A stretch of 64,000 bases of DNA. It comes from Geosiphon pyriformis uo1 (lineage: Eukaryota; Fungi; Glomeromycota). The stretch's first letter is position 1, and every line of letters begins with the position of its first letter. Under the pieces are notes generated by a model. That model saw only the letters and a list, made by a program, of their open reading frames with translations, was not told the origin of the DNA and made no database searches. Of this stretch, positions 1 through 13,800 are shown one piece after another. The stretch spans positions 172,764 through 236,763 of the forward strand of contig JAAOMT010000706.1 in NCBI GenBank assembly GCA_016748015.1, written 5' to 3'. Both the position numbers and the translations under genes were made by a program.

Positions 1-1260
1 ATTAGTATTTTTGTTTTTTTTCCTTTTTTATAATATATTATGTAATTAAATAGTAATAGTTCTATTTTTTATCTTTTATGGTAATCATTTTTAAATTTTT
101 GCTTTTGAATTAATGTTAATTTTTTGTGATTAGTGTACAGATCAAATTTTTAATTCAAGTATTTTTTCTATTTAATGCTAGTTTAATAGATAATTAAATA
201 TTCTAATGTTAAAGTTTCATAGTTTTTTTAGTTAAATTCAAACTTTGGCTGGTATATGTTATTAAATGTTCTCATTTATTCAATTTTTTTTGTGATAGTA
301 TAGCTTTTAATGCTTGACTTAATGTATTAAAAGTAATAATAAATAATTTGCTATAATTTGAGTAGATTAATACTGAAGCCTAAATAAATTTTCTTTTTAA
401 TATATTAAAGCTTCTTGTTGTTTTTTAGATTATTTATACTTGGTGTTTTTTGCTTAAAGCTGGTAAAATAATTGAGTCAGTTTAGAAAAATTCTGAATAA
501 AATAGCAATAGTATTTAGTAAATTTTAAAAATGCTTTTAATTCAGTTAAATTGATTAAAACTAGAAAGTTTTTGACTATTTCAATCTTATTTGGATCTGT
601 TTTTATGTCATTTTTGCTTATAATATGTTCTAAAAACTTGAGTTTTGTTTTTTTAAAGAAGCATTTTGTGGTATTTAACTTTAATTTTGCTTTTTTCAAC
701 CTTTTAAACACTTATTGAAGATGATAAAAATAATTATTAAATGTTTTAAAGAACACATTGGTGTTATACAAGTAAACTACTACCAATTTTTATAATAATT
801 TAATATAAACAATTTTTATTAACTGTTAAAAAATGGCTAGAGTATTGATTAAGCCAAAAGACATAATATCAAATTCAAAGTTTTTTTCTCTGGTAGTGAA
901 TTCCGTTTTCTTTTTATTAGCTGAATTCATGGCTATTTGTTAATAATTACTGTTTAGATCCAATATAGAAAACCAATTTTTTTTTTCAAAAACATCAAAT
1001 AATTTTTGAATTTGTAAAATTGGATAACTGTTTTTATAAGTAATATTATTAAGTTTTCTATAATTCACACAAAAGTAAATCTTTTCATTCTTTTTTTAAA
1101 CAAGCATTACTGATAATAACTATGAATTTATTAACAGTTAAATTAACTTATTATTCAACATATAGTTGATTTCTTAATGAATGGTTTTATGATTAATAGA
1201 TGGTATTTAATATGCTTTTTGTTTAATTGGCATTGTATCTCTAGTTTTAATCTAGTGCTA
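1..1260 (-). pseudogene. Reverse transcriptase / RNase H remnant of family A copy 1
   Basis: ORF 454-711 matches the Ty3/Gypsy RT thumb. Colinear with 57000-58200. Many stops. Confidence 0.85.
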
Positions 1261-1789
1261 AATAATATTAATTTTGCCAAATTTGTTTTTACTTGTAAAG
1301 ATATTAATAAAATTGTTGAATAGTAACTTGATTTACATATATTGGAATGAGTTTAAGTCTTTTAAGTTTATTTGCTCTAATTGTTTTAGTTGCAGCAAAT
1401 AGTATTCTTTTTATTTGTAAATAGTTTGTAATATGATGTCTATATATTTATAAAGTTGTGAAAAATTTGGAATAATAGTTGGTATTTGATTTTTAACTTC
1501 AATACTTAAATATTTAATAATAATTCTACTTGGTATTTTTATTAGATCTTTGGTTATGTTGTGTATTAAAATTTTGATATGTTTATGGTTTTTGGCTAAT
1601 ATATAGAGATTAATAATAACAATTTCTCCTGACTTATAAATGGTAAGATTTATTTCAAAAATTTGAAGTTGATTTTTTACTTTTTTTTTAATAACTAATA
1701 TATGTTAATCATATGATAAAATAGAAAGTAATTAATAAGTAAAAAATTTTTTTTCTTGATTAATTATTTTTTTTTATTATATTGACTGG

Positions 1790-2233
1790 TATTTTTATTC
1801 TACTTGTGGATTTAAATTTATTTATCTTTTTTGCTGTTATTTTTAATTCTTTTCTTGTTTTTACTAATACTAATTGAGTTATTTTTACCAAAAGCAAAAA
1901 TATTGTCTATGTTATTTTTTTATTTGGTTTAATTGTATATGCTTTTTTCGACTTATTTTGTAATATTGTATTAATTATTCTTTTTTTGATATTAATCTCT
2001 TTTTTTGTTAAGTTAGATTTAAATACTAATTGTACTATTGTTATTGCCAAAATTTCTAGTGTTAATTTTAAATCTATGTTAATACATAAATAAAATTCTA
2101 ATCTGATGACAGTTTTTTCTGAATATTTGAAATCAAACTTTGCATCTGTATTATGCACATATTCTGGCATAATATTTTTATTATTATTGTTGAACCATTT
2201 AAGTTTCTGTTTTTTTAAAAGATCTAAAAACAC
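1790..2233 (-). pseudogene. dUTPase domain remnant within Gypsy pol (family A)
   Basis: IMPEYVHNTDAKFDFKY resembles dUTPase motif 1 (P..AH..DAGFDL). The following FKSNLTKK, IIN and ..KIT match motifs 2-4 after G>A decay. Confidence 0.75.
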
Positions 2234-2838
2234 AATTTATTGTTTAGAATTAAAATTAGAGTTTAAATTGTTGTTATTGTTGTTGCTATTGTAGAAAATA
2301 TTAAAACTGTTATTGTTATTATTATTAAAGTTTGAATTAGAATTAAGTTCTGATTTCAATTCTAAAATACAACTGCTAATTGATTTTTTTTTTCAGAAAT
2401 TAAATAGTAATAGATTATAAATAAGATCACAATTGTCACAATATTTAAAGTTACTAAGAATTAAACAATGTTTATAAAGTTTAATGTTTAATTGTTCTAA
2501 ATGCTGCTTTTATTTTTTTTAAGTGAATGTTAAATTTTGGTAATGTTTATAAAATTGTTTTGAGTATCTTAAAATGTTAACAAAGATATCTAGATTTAGA
2601 ATAAAAATGGTTTTGACAGATTTTGGTAAGTGGTTTTTAATTGTTAATATCTTATTAAATAAAGTGCTTTTAACTTTGATACTTACCATTTGTTAGATTT
2701 TGTCTTTATTATATAAGTAATTATTTAAATGTAAAAAAACTTTGTTTTATATAGCATTAAATGAAATTTTTCTGCTTACCCAATTACTAATGAGAATCAT
2801 GTATTGGCATAATATATTACATGTTTCTTTATAATTAA

Positions 2839-3644
2839 TGTTACAGGTAATTATTTGGGGTTGGAAAACAAATAACAAACTCGTGACTTAATGCTCAATA
2901 GATCTAATAGTGTTGGTATTTAAAAATTTTCATAATCTAAAAATTTTAGTTGAGTTTTTTATATAATAAACCAAAATTCAAGTATTGTTTATTTGTAGCT
3001 TTCTGAAATTGCAATTCTATCTAATTTCTGTTTTTAGCATAGTGGCTGGTTTATTTTGGCAGTCATGTCTTTCTGGTAAGCTATTTATAAATTTTTTAAA
3101 CTCTATACTCTTCTTTTAAGGTTTTTTATCAGATTATTTTTAATGTCAATTAATTAATGCTTGATCCCTCAAATTAATTAATAATAATAACAACAAAAAA
3201 TATAAAAGAAAATAAATGAAAAATAAAGAAAATAGGCCAAGATAAGAAAGAGTTAATATCTCATCAATAGCCATAATCAAGAGCTATTGGTCCAATATAG
3301 TTAAATATTGGCAATTATCAACATGAATTGTTAATACTTGAAAGATAAATATAAACTTGGAATTGAAGATTTTAAACTAAGAATTCTGTCTTTTTTGCTT
3401 TTAATGCTATTACTATATATACATAAATTTTATTGTATAAAATTCTTTGAATTTCTTAATTTTTTAGCCAGAAATCCTGGAATTTCTGGAATTCTGGAAT
3501 TCTGTAATTTCTTACATGGGAATTTTGTAATTCTGAAATCTTGTGATTTCTTTGAGAAAAATTCTGGAATTCTACTTTTATTATGTCTTATTTTAATTGG
3601 CTAATTATGTAATAATATATAATTTCTATATTTTATAAGTAATA
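2839..3644 (-). repeat. Solo LTR of family A inserted into pol of family A copy 1
   Basis: Ends TGTTAC...GTAA(T)A. Homologous to 49652-50471. Host sequence resumes on both sides (compare 59760-59815) with a decayed 4-bp duplication ttaa/tcag. Confidence 0.85.
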
Positions 3645-6600
3645 TCAGGAATATTGTTTTATATTTTTTTATTAAGTAGAGTTTCTCCACAAGCTAAACA
3701 AAGTTTGTTGTCTTACTTTTCTTGTTATTTTAAGTATTTAAAGCATTTTTGGTAGCATGTTTTGTAATAATAGCAAGTACATGTTTTGTATTTTTTTTTT
3801 GACAAAATTAAGCTTCCATGAATAAAAGCTTTTTGTTATAATCTATGTATTTAAATGGAATATAGAGTGGTTGTTTCCTTAATACTGGTATTAAGTATAA
3901 GATATGTCAATTATTGGTTGTTTTTTCTATAATAATAATAGCTTAAGATTCATCTTCTCTTTTTGTTTTAGATAAGTATTGATAGTAGTTCATTGTATTT
4001 TTTTTTAGTCCATAAGATTTGATAAGCTTTTTAGATAGAGATTTTTTTTTCTTTAGCTTAATCAATAATTGTTCTCTTGAAGAAGCTTTAAAGTAACTGT
4101 AAATAACAGATACTTGATTATGCTAACTACCAAATATTAGCTAAAGTTTTTGGACATTCCAGTTAAGTATAGTATTAGTTTTAGACAGCCAGTCATTATC
4201 AATAAGAGTTTGGTATTGTATAACTTCTATTATTAATACTTTAATTAATATAATAAGATTATTGTCTTTAAAAAAAAAGTCATTAATTTTGCCAATAAAA
4301 GTTTTGATTGTTTTATTAATAGTAATAATTTTGGCACTGGCAGCTTGATTAACTCAGTAACCTAATTGGTCTATAAATTGTTATATGATAATGCTGCCTA
4401 TTAACTTATGATTAAGAATAAGTCTAATAGATTGGCCATCAATTTTGATATTTGTATACATAGCTGTAATTGGTTTAATGTTAAGAACAGTTTTACTAAA
4501 TAATAATGTTTTAATTCAGTCTTCAGTTTAAAAAAAAATATGACAATAAGTAACTTGTTTTTAGTAATAATTGCTAGTAAAATATTGTTGGTAAGTAGTT
4601 GTTTTAGTAATTCTGAATTGTTAAATTGGGTATTTTTTGAAGCAACTAAAGGACTTAAATAATTCTAAAAATTCAGGTTTTGAGTATATCTATTTTTTAA
4701 ACTTCACTAATATGATTCTGCTGGCTGTTTTAATAAGCTAAAAATTAGTTGATATATTATTATTGCCAATTTCTAATTTTGTTAAAATGCATAATTCTTG
4801 GCCTTTAATTTCTATTGGTAATTTGAATGGAAGTTTGGAGCTGTGTTTGAATTTGTTGAAGTTAATAAAATATTTGTGATTACAATAATTGATAAATTAT
4901 TAATATTGGTGCTTAATAAATTAAAGGTAAGTATATTAATTGTTATCTTATTGGTACATAATAGAATTGATATTAGTATAGCTCTAATGATGAATTATTG
5001 ACATAATTTAGAATTTAAAACTTGTAATTAGGATTTCAATATTAATTTTCTGATTATTGGTTATTTAATTTTGCTTTATAGTCTATTTTCAAGTGTTTTT
5101 GTTTATTACAGTAGTGGCAAATATGTATTTTTTGCTGCCACTATTAAATTGGTAAGACTAATAATAATAATAAATACAACTGATTTTAAAACTGATTAGA
5201 AGTTCTTTAATAGTTGTGATATTGAAAAAATTGATAAATTATCTGATTGTTAACTAAATATTTCTTGATTTTCCGATTAATTGTTTTGCCAAATTATTTC
5301 AATTTGATATCCAGTTCAGATAATCTGTTTATTATTAGATTTATAGCTTGGGCATAATTGGCTTTGAGTTCAGCTGATTTAAAATTTCTGGTGTATATAA
5401 CTGCATCTTAAAAAGTATTTGGATACAATAGTTATATTTGTTGCAGAAAGCTACTATATAATTTACAAATAAACTAATTTAAAATCTGTAATACTGTAAA
5501 GTAGTTAGCATTAATTGTTTAAATTTGGTGCAAATTTTTATGGAAGCATTTCAAGTAAGTAGTAACTGCTTTAATATTATCTTGTTTAATTATAGTAAAG
5601 CCAATTAATAGGCAATTAATGATATTATAATCACTAAAATATTGTAGAAATACAGTTTTGAATGCATTAAAATCTTGAGATTTGTTTACAAAATTCTGGT
5701 ATTACAAGTTGGCAATATCTTGTAAAAAATAGGAAATTGTTTGAAAAACTCTAATATTATCTTATTCATTGGCTGCAATGACTTTTGTTACATCATTCAA
5801 TCAGACTTAAGTATTGTTTTTTTGTTGATAAATTTTTTTAATTTAGCAATTAATATATAGCCATTAGTACAAATATTTGTTGTAATTGTAGTTATTAAAA
5901 AGCAGCTATTAAAGTAACTGGTAGATTGATCAAAATAACTGAAAGTAAGTTTTGTTAAAGAATAAAAACTAGGTTTGAATTGTTTGAGTTTAATTGAATT
6001 TAAACAATTGAAGTTTGAAATTCTGAATTATTTGGAATTGGGTTTTGATTATTAATTTTCTGATTGTTATCTTTTTTTTTTGATTTGGTTTTTGCCTAAT
6101 TACTAATAGATTTAAAATTAAATTAAGATAATAGTAATTGAAATTCTAATAGATTTGTTGGTTACAATTTAAATTCCTTAAAATAATTGCTGTAGATTTT
6201 TAGTAATCATAATTTTTCTTGATTGTTTTGAAATAAGACTTAAGTTACAGATGTTTTTATAGTTAACAATAATACAAATTCTAATAATATGTAAATAATG
6301 CTTCTTGGTATATAATGATAAGATAGGTGTAATAAAAAAATAACTTTGGGTTTTTTCTAGTTAAGTAATTGTATTGGTTTAGATGTATTTGTTAGTATTT
6401 ATATCTTGTTTTTGTCTTTATTTACAAATGTAATTAGAAACTTTTGCTGAGTATACTTTTTAATTTTGTAATTGATTTCTGTAATAATTGAGATAAAATT
6501 ATGGTTTTGTGAAAAGCTGGTGTGTTGTAGTAGTTTTATATAAAAATTTCTGATGGCAGTTTCTGAATCTCTTTGGTCTTTCAAATAATATATAATTTTT

Positions 6601-6778
6601 TTATTAATATAGAAGATAAAAACTAATTCTGCTAACCAGTAATTATTTATCAATTTCAGATGTGTTTGGTAATGCTAAAATAAAAATTTCATGAATTTTA
6701 AGTGGTTTTCTCCTGTTGTTTTTTGGTCTGCTACTTTTCTGAATAGTTAATATTAGTGCTGATTTTTTGTTAGATTAT

Positions 6779-6796
6779 ATTTTACAGAAAGCATCA
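6779..6796 (-). promoter_or_regulatory. Decayed primer-binding site of family A copy 1
   Basis: Minus strand TGATGCTTTCTGTAAAAT differs from TGGTGCTCCCTGTGAGAT (50474-50491) only by transitions. Lies 2 nt from the LTR end. Confidence 0.75.
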
Positions 6797-6798
6797 AA

Positions 6799-7572
6799 TA
6801 TTATAAGTAATTATTTAAAGTGTTAGAACAAATAACAAATTTATAACTTAGTGCTTAATAGCTATTAAAAATGGTAATTTCTAAAAATTTTGGTATTTGA
6901 AGGGTTTGGTTAAGTTTTTTGTATAATAAACAGAGATTTAATTGATGTTTTTTTCATGAATTTTTTCCAGCATAATAACTAATTTAGTCTGGCAGTTATG
7001 TTTTTCTGTTAAGCTATTCTTAAGTTTTCTATTCTTGTTTCATAGGTCTTTTACAAGGCTATTTTTAATATCAATTACTTAGTGTTAAATTTTTTAATTA
7101 ATTAGTAAATAAAAAAAGAAATAAAAATTAGTATTTTGTTAATAACCATAATTAAAAGTTATTGGTCTAGTATAATTAAGTATTAGATTTTATTAACATA
7201 GATTGTTAATAGTACAGAAATGATTAATATTTTTTAATTAAGTAATAAAACATAAATTGAATAATAATAAATATTTTTATTGATATAAATATGATTTTAT
7301 TTTATCTTTTGAAGAAAAAGATAATTAATAACTACTTGTCTTTAATTATTGTTTTGTCTTTTTTGTTTTTAATACTCTTACTATATATACATAATTTGTG
7401 TTATATAGAATTCTATATATTTCTATTTTTTTTCTATACTACTTTTTGGAAATGTGTTTATTTTTTGAGAATATACATATTTTTAAAAATATGCTTACTT
7501 ATTAAGTATTATTCTCTTATTAGTCTATTTTTTTTATTTTTTTCTGGTACTTTTTTTTTATAAATAATAACA
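6799..7572 (-). repeat. 5' LTR of family A copy 1 (U3 end diverged; right boundary approximate)
   Basis: Homologous to 2839-3644 over R/U5. Adjacent to the PBS. Possible terminal ...TAACA at 7572. Confidence 0.7.
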
Positions 7573-7700
7573 TACAATATATATAAAAAATGTTAGACTA
7601 GTTTGATACAAGAACATATTTTTAAAAATTAAAATAAAATAAATAATAATTTTCTTAAAATAACAGAATCAAAATACATTATAGTATAATATATGTATAT

Positions 7701-8672
7701 TGTTATTGAAGGTTTTTGGTCTCTTTTCTTAAATGTTGTTAATATTTGTCTGTTGCTAATTTCACATTTTTTAAAAGCAGTTGAATTTCCAATAACTGAA
7801 TTTATTTTCAAATTATCTCTTATAATTTGAACTGCTAAGCTTATAAATGAAATGGCCAATTTCATGTCAGTTACTTTATATAGTTACATTGTAATAAATG
7901 TCAACTTTTTTTCAGAAATTGTTTGTCTGAAAACTCACTAAAAATATGTAGTTACTTTGCTTTAAAAGTCAACTCTTCTATAAGAATTTTGTCTATAGGC
8001 TATTTTAATGATTATAATAAGAAAAGAAAAAAAAATAAAAAAAATGTAAAAGAAATAAAATTCTAACAAGGGAAACGTTTTCTATTTAGGCTTGAAATCA
8101 CTAACAGATTACTGAAATTGGTAGCTAATCAATTTCAAAATGTTAGTTGTGTTAAGAAAATTTCAAGTGTAATAATTTAAAAAATTTGGTTTTCAAATAT
8201 TTAATTTTTATTTGTAATATATAAAAGATAATTTGTTCTAATTAAGATATCTAAAATAAGATACTATAGTAAAATACTATAAAAAAACATTTTTTTTTGA
8301 AGAGAGAAGCTTTTTTTTATACAACTTATTGTAATACTAGTCTTTAAATTTGCACTTTTCTCTTTGCTCTAATTTTGGCAAACTAAAAATACATTTTGGC
8401 AAACTACAAGTTATTTCTACAAACTATTGATTATTTCGGCCAATTTTTATTAATTTCAGCAAATTTTAACTATGTTAAATGATTTAGAGTATTGTGTAAT
8501 TTAATTATTTTAATTTCTATAGTACAAATTGGGTTATTAATTGAATGCTGATATTTAATAGTTTGATTAAATAATAAATAATTATTAAAATGATAATAAT
8601 ATATGCTAATTAATAATAGAAATTATGAGGATAATTTCATGTTAATTAATAGCTAAATTTCTACTGGTAACA
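7701..8672 (-). repeat. 3' LTR of Gypsy family B
   Basis: Ends TGTTAT...GGTAACA. Colinear with 62589-63555. Preceded on the minus strand by the PPT GAGGAGAAGATTA. Confidence 0.88.
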
Positions 8673-9600
8673 TAATCTTCTCCTCAAAACTGAGCTCCAT
8701 CAAAGTTTAAGTACTATCAATAATATCAAGATAGTAATCCAAAATAATTGAAGTAATTTGGTTTGAAAATTGTTAAAATTTCAGTTTTGTAAGCTTTCCA
8801 ATGTATTGAATCTTTATTGAATGAAGTATTAGATTTTGTAGGACGTTTTTACAAGTGTTAAATAAATTATAGAGTCTAAATACTACTCTAATAGCAAATG
8901 TTTGTTGATCCAGCTGCTGTTTTGAATTCATTGTAAATTTGTTTTTGTATAGTTTCAGAAGTGTGGTTTGTCTAGAATATTTAAGTTCAAATCTTGCATC
9001 TGTATTATGTGTATGTTCAGACATAATGCTCTCATTATTATTACTGAATTAAATTAATTCCTGTTCCATTGTAAAATCTAGAAGTGTGATATATTGTTTG
9101 GTATTTAAAGCAAATTTTAAATTGTTGTTGTTAAAGTTTGAATTGTCTTTGTTATTAGTAAAGTTTGAATCATTGTTGTTATCAGTAGAGTTTGAATTGT
9201 TGTTGTCATATAATAATTGAGATCATTAAAATTTTTCAACAAATAATTCATGCAAGACTCATATTTAAACATATGGACATCACTTTTGGTTTTCAAAATC
9301 TTAGTTGAATTTTCATTTACTAAAGATTCAAAAATCAAAATTTTAGAATTTGTGTTATTAAAATCTTTTTAGTCATTAAATATGTTATTTTAAAGTCATT
9401 AAAGTTATTAATCATTAATTTATCAACAATAACATTGTTAACTTGAATCATTATTGTCTAATTAAATTAAATATAGTATAATCCAAAACAGATTATTATA
9501 CATTGAATCTAAGCACAAATTTGAAAAAATAAAATTTTTTCTAATGAAATAAAATTCATCTAGCTTATGCTAAATGTTTCTCTGACTACACAAAAAAATA
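8673..9600 (-). mobile_element. Internally deleted family B interior: dUTPase N-terminus joined directly to the ORF3 C-terminus and PPT
   Basis: ORF 8773-9024 begins MSEHTHNTDARFELKY (dUTPase motif 1). It switches near 8970 to sequence matching 63556-63860 (LYNLFNTCKNVLQN...YIGKLT). A 27-bp tandem repeat lies at about 9132-9210. Confidence 0.7.
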
Positions 9601-9624
9601 ACTTTGTTATTACAATTTTATTTA

Positions 9625-10390
9625 TTGTTGTTTTTATCTGTTACTTTCTGGAATCACAATTCTATCAAATTTTTTTCTCAACATAATAGCTGGTAATTTT
9701 CCTAATAAGCTATTCTTAATTTTTGAGTGTTCTATCTTTATTCTTAGATCTTTTATCAGTTATTTTAATGTCAATAACTCTGTGCATTAATCTTTTAATC
9801 AATTAGTAAATAATAACAAAACAAAAGAAAAAAGAAAAAGAAAAAAAAGAAAATAAGCCAAGGCAAAAAAGAGTTAGTATCCCATTAATAGCTGTAATCA
9901 AAAGCTATTGGTTCAGTATAGTTAAGTATTAACAACTATTAACATGAGTTGTTGATAGTAGAAAAATAGATTGTGATGTTTTAATAAGTATTTTTATTGA
10001 TATTTGATATTTTTACTTCATATTATAGAATACTATTATATAAAGGAATAGATGAGGAATTGGAACTGGAAATTCTAACTAAAAATTCTATTTTTTAAAG
10101 AAAAAGTATTTAATAATTATGATCTACGAGTCTAATTGACTAATTTTCTAGTTTCTAATACTACTATTATATATACATAAATTTTATTGTACAAGATTTC
10201 TTGAATTTCTTAATTTTTTAGCCAGAAATTCTGTAATTTCTGGAATCTTATAATTTCTTATATTGAAATCCTGTAATTCTAAAATCCTGCAATTCTTCTA
10301 AAAGAAATTCTGGAATTCTATTTTTACTACATTTATTTTAATTGGCTAATTTATGTACTAATATATAATTCCTATATTTTATGAGTAACA
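9625..10390 (-). repeat. Partial family A LTR (U5 end missing)
   Basis: Homologous to 2990-3644. Ends ...GAGTAACA at 10390. Confidence 0.8.
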
Positions 10391-10853
10391 ATATTTAAAA
10401 AAAGTAGAATCCTATACTTCTGTATTAACTATTACCAATTAAAATGCTATTATTAAAAAAACATGTATTTACTTTTCAAAATTGATACAATACTAGATCA
10501 ATTCAATAGTACTGTTTTTTTTCAATTATTAATCTAATTGCTAGATTCTAGCAAATAAAAATAAATTCAAAAAGCCAAAAAAAACTGCTTTTATTATCAA
10601 TATTATCAATAAAATTTTAGCTATTAACTAACATAAAATTACTCTTATAATTTTTAATATTAATTAATATATATTATTATTTAATCAAATTATCAAATAT
10701 TATTATCTAATTAATAATTTTTTTTTTAAATGCAATTTAATAAATGAAGTCCAACTGCTATCTAGTACATAAAACCAAACTAAGAGGCTTAAACTAAATG
10801 CAGCTCATGCACTTTCTACATGTGGCTAGCCACTCGGGCCAGACAAAGCAACT

Positions 10854-13800
10854 TTACACACCTAAAAAAACACATGGACTACCATCTAAACCAGAAAAAA
10901 AGAGACAAGACCTACAACAGCTAAAACTAATAGCAAAAGAGCTAATAATGCCAAGCATCTTTACCACCTTGCCGGACAACAAAGAGCTCATGCAATGAGA
11001 CAAACCAGAAATCAACATGTCATTACCAACCAAACTTGCTGCCTTCATCTTCACCCTGTATGCAGATTTCACCAACCAGGCCTTAGAGCAATGCAACTCA
11101 ACAAAACACCCAACAAAACCAATTACAATACTAACAGCCTTCTTTTTACTATCGAGAATCTCCATAGCTTCTGCACACCAATTCTTCAGCACAAACCCCT
11201 TACATAGAACAGAATACAAGCCAATGTCCAAGAAACACTGATCAAAAGATTGCAAAACAGTAGAAGATGACAAGCTACAAGATTCAGCCAAAGACACTCA
11301 GTCAGCAGAAGCAGCAGCCAAAATCTTCTTTCAAATTTCCACATCATGGGAACACATGAAAACATGATCTGACAACTCCACCTCACAACACAGCAAACAC
11401 AGCACACCAGGGTAACATTTATCATACAGCTGTTTCCTTACCACCACAGGCATCTGATAGTGTACAGTCTTCATCAAATAAGTGCAAAGACAGGAAGACC
11501 TCTGACTAGTAAAACCAGCAAGCATGTGTGAATCAAGATGCCACACCCTAATAGTAGCATCCCAATCAACAGTGTCAATCAACATGACAGGAATCACGTC
11601 TTGACCAGAGCCCGCCTCCCACCAAGCACGACAAATGGATCTAAACAAATTCTGAACAAAATGACAAGCATTGTCAAACACAGGTGTGCTCTCAGCAACC
11701 AGAAAATGCTCACTGACACCAACAGGCAAAGAAAATTGAGAGAGAACAGTGTTCTCAGCAGCAGCATCTGCCTTAATATTGCTATTAACCCCAGAATGTC
11801 TTTTAATCTTGACCCAATAAACAGAAAGATCCTTGTTATGAACCAAATTAAAAATCCAGTGCCTCTCCAACCAACACAAGGAGCAGAAATCAGGCACAAA
11901 TAATGATATTTCAGAAATGCACACATTAATAGCTGTCTGACTATTAGAGTGCAATACAACAGAACAAAAAAAAGGAATACACTCCAAAGCCAAAACAATA
12001 GCCTGCAGTTCAGCCATAGTAGAAGACAACAGCCCAAGAACCCTAACGCCAACACTCAAATCAATAACAAAAAAATAAGCAGCTGCTCTACTGACTACAT
12101 CAGCATGACCATAATTTTTAACAGAATTATCTGTAAAAACCTCAAAGGAACCAGACCAAATCTCATGCAACCCATCCTGAACAACAGAAAACTCTTTGGT
12201 ATCCAAAACACTCAAGCTAGAAGGACAAGCAGACTCTACAAAGGCGGCCAGAAAAGCACTCCCACCACAAAGAAACTCAAACACCACCTTAAACCAGTGA
12301 GAAACAAGACCCCTTGGATCCAGCCTTTTCCAGTACCGAAAAGTCTCCTAACTCATAACATGCCCTTTTTTGTCAAATAGTCTATTACCAAAAGCCACAC
12401 CAAACTGCTTTAATAAATGAACAGAATCAAAGAATAGAAAACCCCCCAGAATGGAAGACACAGAAAAGTGACCAGGACTACGAAATGCATTGGGCAAATT
12501 ATTGGCCAGAGACAACTTGTTACACAGAAAAATCTTAACCACACCAGCCAGAAAATTATTTACAGGACTAACACACAATTTAACAAGAAACTGTAAAGGG
12601 TTCAGAGGAGACCACCTCAGAACCTGCAAGTCAAGAAATCTATGCTCAAACAAATGTCCAAGAACACCAAAAGAATTGGAAAATGAGATCAAAGCAGCCA
12701 ACTTTCCTTCAGATTGCACCTGCTCAAAAGACTTTAGGCCATACAAAAAGGGATGACACAAAGCCTTAGTGAGGAAATCACGAAGCAAACCAGCTTTGGA
12801 CTTAAGATCCTTTCTCAACATCACATCCCATTTGCAGCATACAGACAATAAAACAAAGCTGAACTGAGTGTGATAGCTGACAATAGGCTGCAAGATGGCT
12901 AACACCAAATATGAGAACTGCTTATTAGTAATAGCCTTTCTAAGAACCACATTAGTAAAAAACTGAACATCAAAATGTGCCTTGGCCAGACTTGGCTTTG
13001 AAAGCCCGTCAGTAAACAAAAAGATTCCCAGATAACAATGAGCCTCATTCTTTTTAGTGATTGAGATGGGAAGACCACTAATACACAAAAAAGCAATCTT
13101 AACACCCTGATTGATCAGAATGGCCACAGTTTTTTCATTGTTGATAGAAATGTCATTAAGAGCAAAAAACCCACTTGCAATGTTCAAAATATTTTGAGTA
13201 GTAGTTTGACAGTTCCCAATTCATATTGTATCATCAACAAAAGCACCAGCTGCAAAATAAGAAAAGAACCCATTGCCACTCTCAATACAGCCCGACTTCA
13301 AAACAAACTTGGAATCTATCCAGTATTCAAAAAACTGTTCATGCTTTTTAACTTCATACAGAAGTGGGTCATAAAAAATTCTCCACAAGAGGGGCGAGAA
13401 GACTTTACCCTGATCCAACCCATCATGCACCACATAACTATTTGAAAGCCCAAAGTTAGTTATTACCCTGTTAATTCTATTCTCATGGATGTTACCAAAA
13501 AATGACACAAATCTCTCACACATTTTGATATGCCACAAGCTTGCCCTCAATTGGTGCCATCTAACTGAGTCGTATATCTTGCGCATATCCTGCAAGACCA
13601 ACCAAACCTCCCTGTTCTTTTCAAGAGCATCCTCAATCACAGACCCAATTGCAAACACCAGAGATTGCATAAAAATACTCTTAAGCACTGAGAAATTATC
13701 ACCTCAAAGAACACTAAACTTGCTGTATGCCAAAGAAATATGATCTGACAAAATCTTGGAGAGAATTTTTCTGGTCATCTTGATAAGAGCAATGGGTCAA

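Larger units (their letters stand above)
1..7572 (-). mobile_element. Degenerate Ty3/Gypsy LTR retrotransposon, family A copy 1 (5' LTR, PBS, gag, PR, dUTPase, RT, RNase H; continues off the left edge)
   Basis: Colinear with the family A copies at 49652-53844 and 53845-62588. RT remnants (ORF 454-711 ...LKLNTTKCFF...KFLEHII...DPNKIEIV), dUTPase remnant, gag remnant (ORF 6399-6653), then a decayed PBS and LTR. Confidence 0.9.

Noticed and set aside
3250-3340. Conserved two-hairpin block in family A LTRs as a possible hammerhead ribozyme
   Set aside because: The minus strand has TTGATGAG...CTC, but the required GAAA core does not follow. More likely an ordinary R-region structure.
7291-7563. 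Hydrophobic F/L/I-rich ORFs (also 3338-3604, 40375-40593) as membrane proteins
   Set aside because: They lie in AT-decayed LTR or LINE sequence; the composition is a T-rich artefact.
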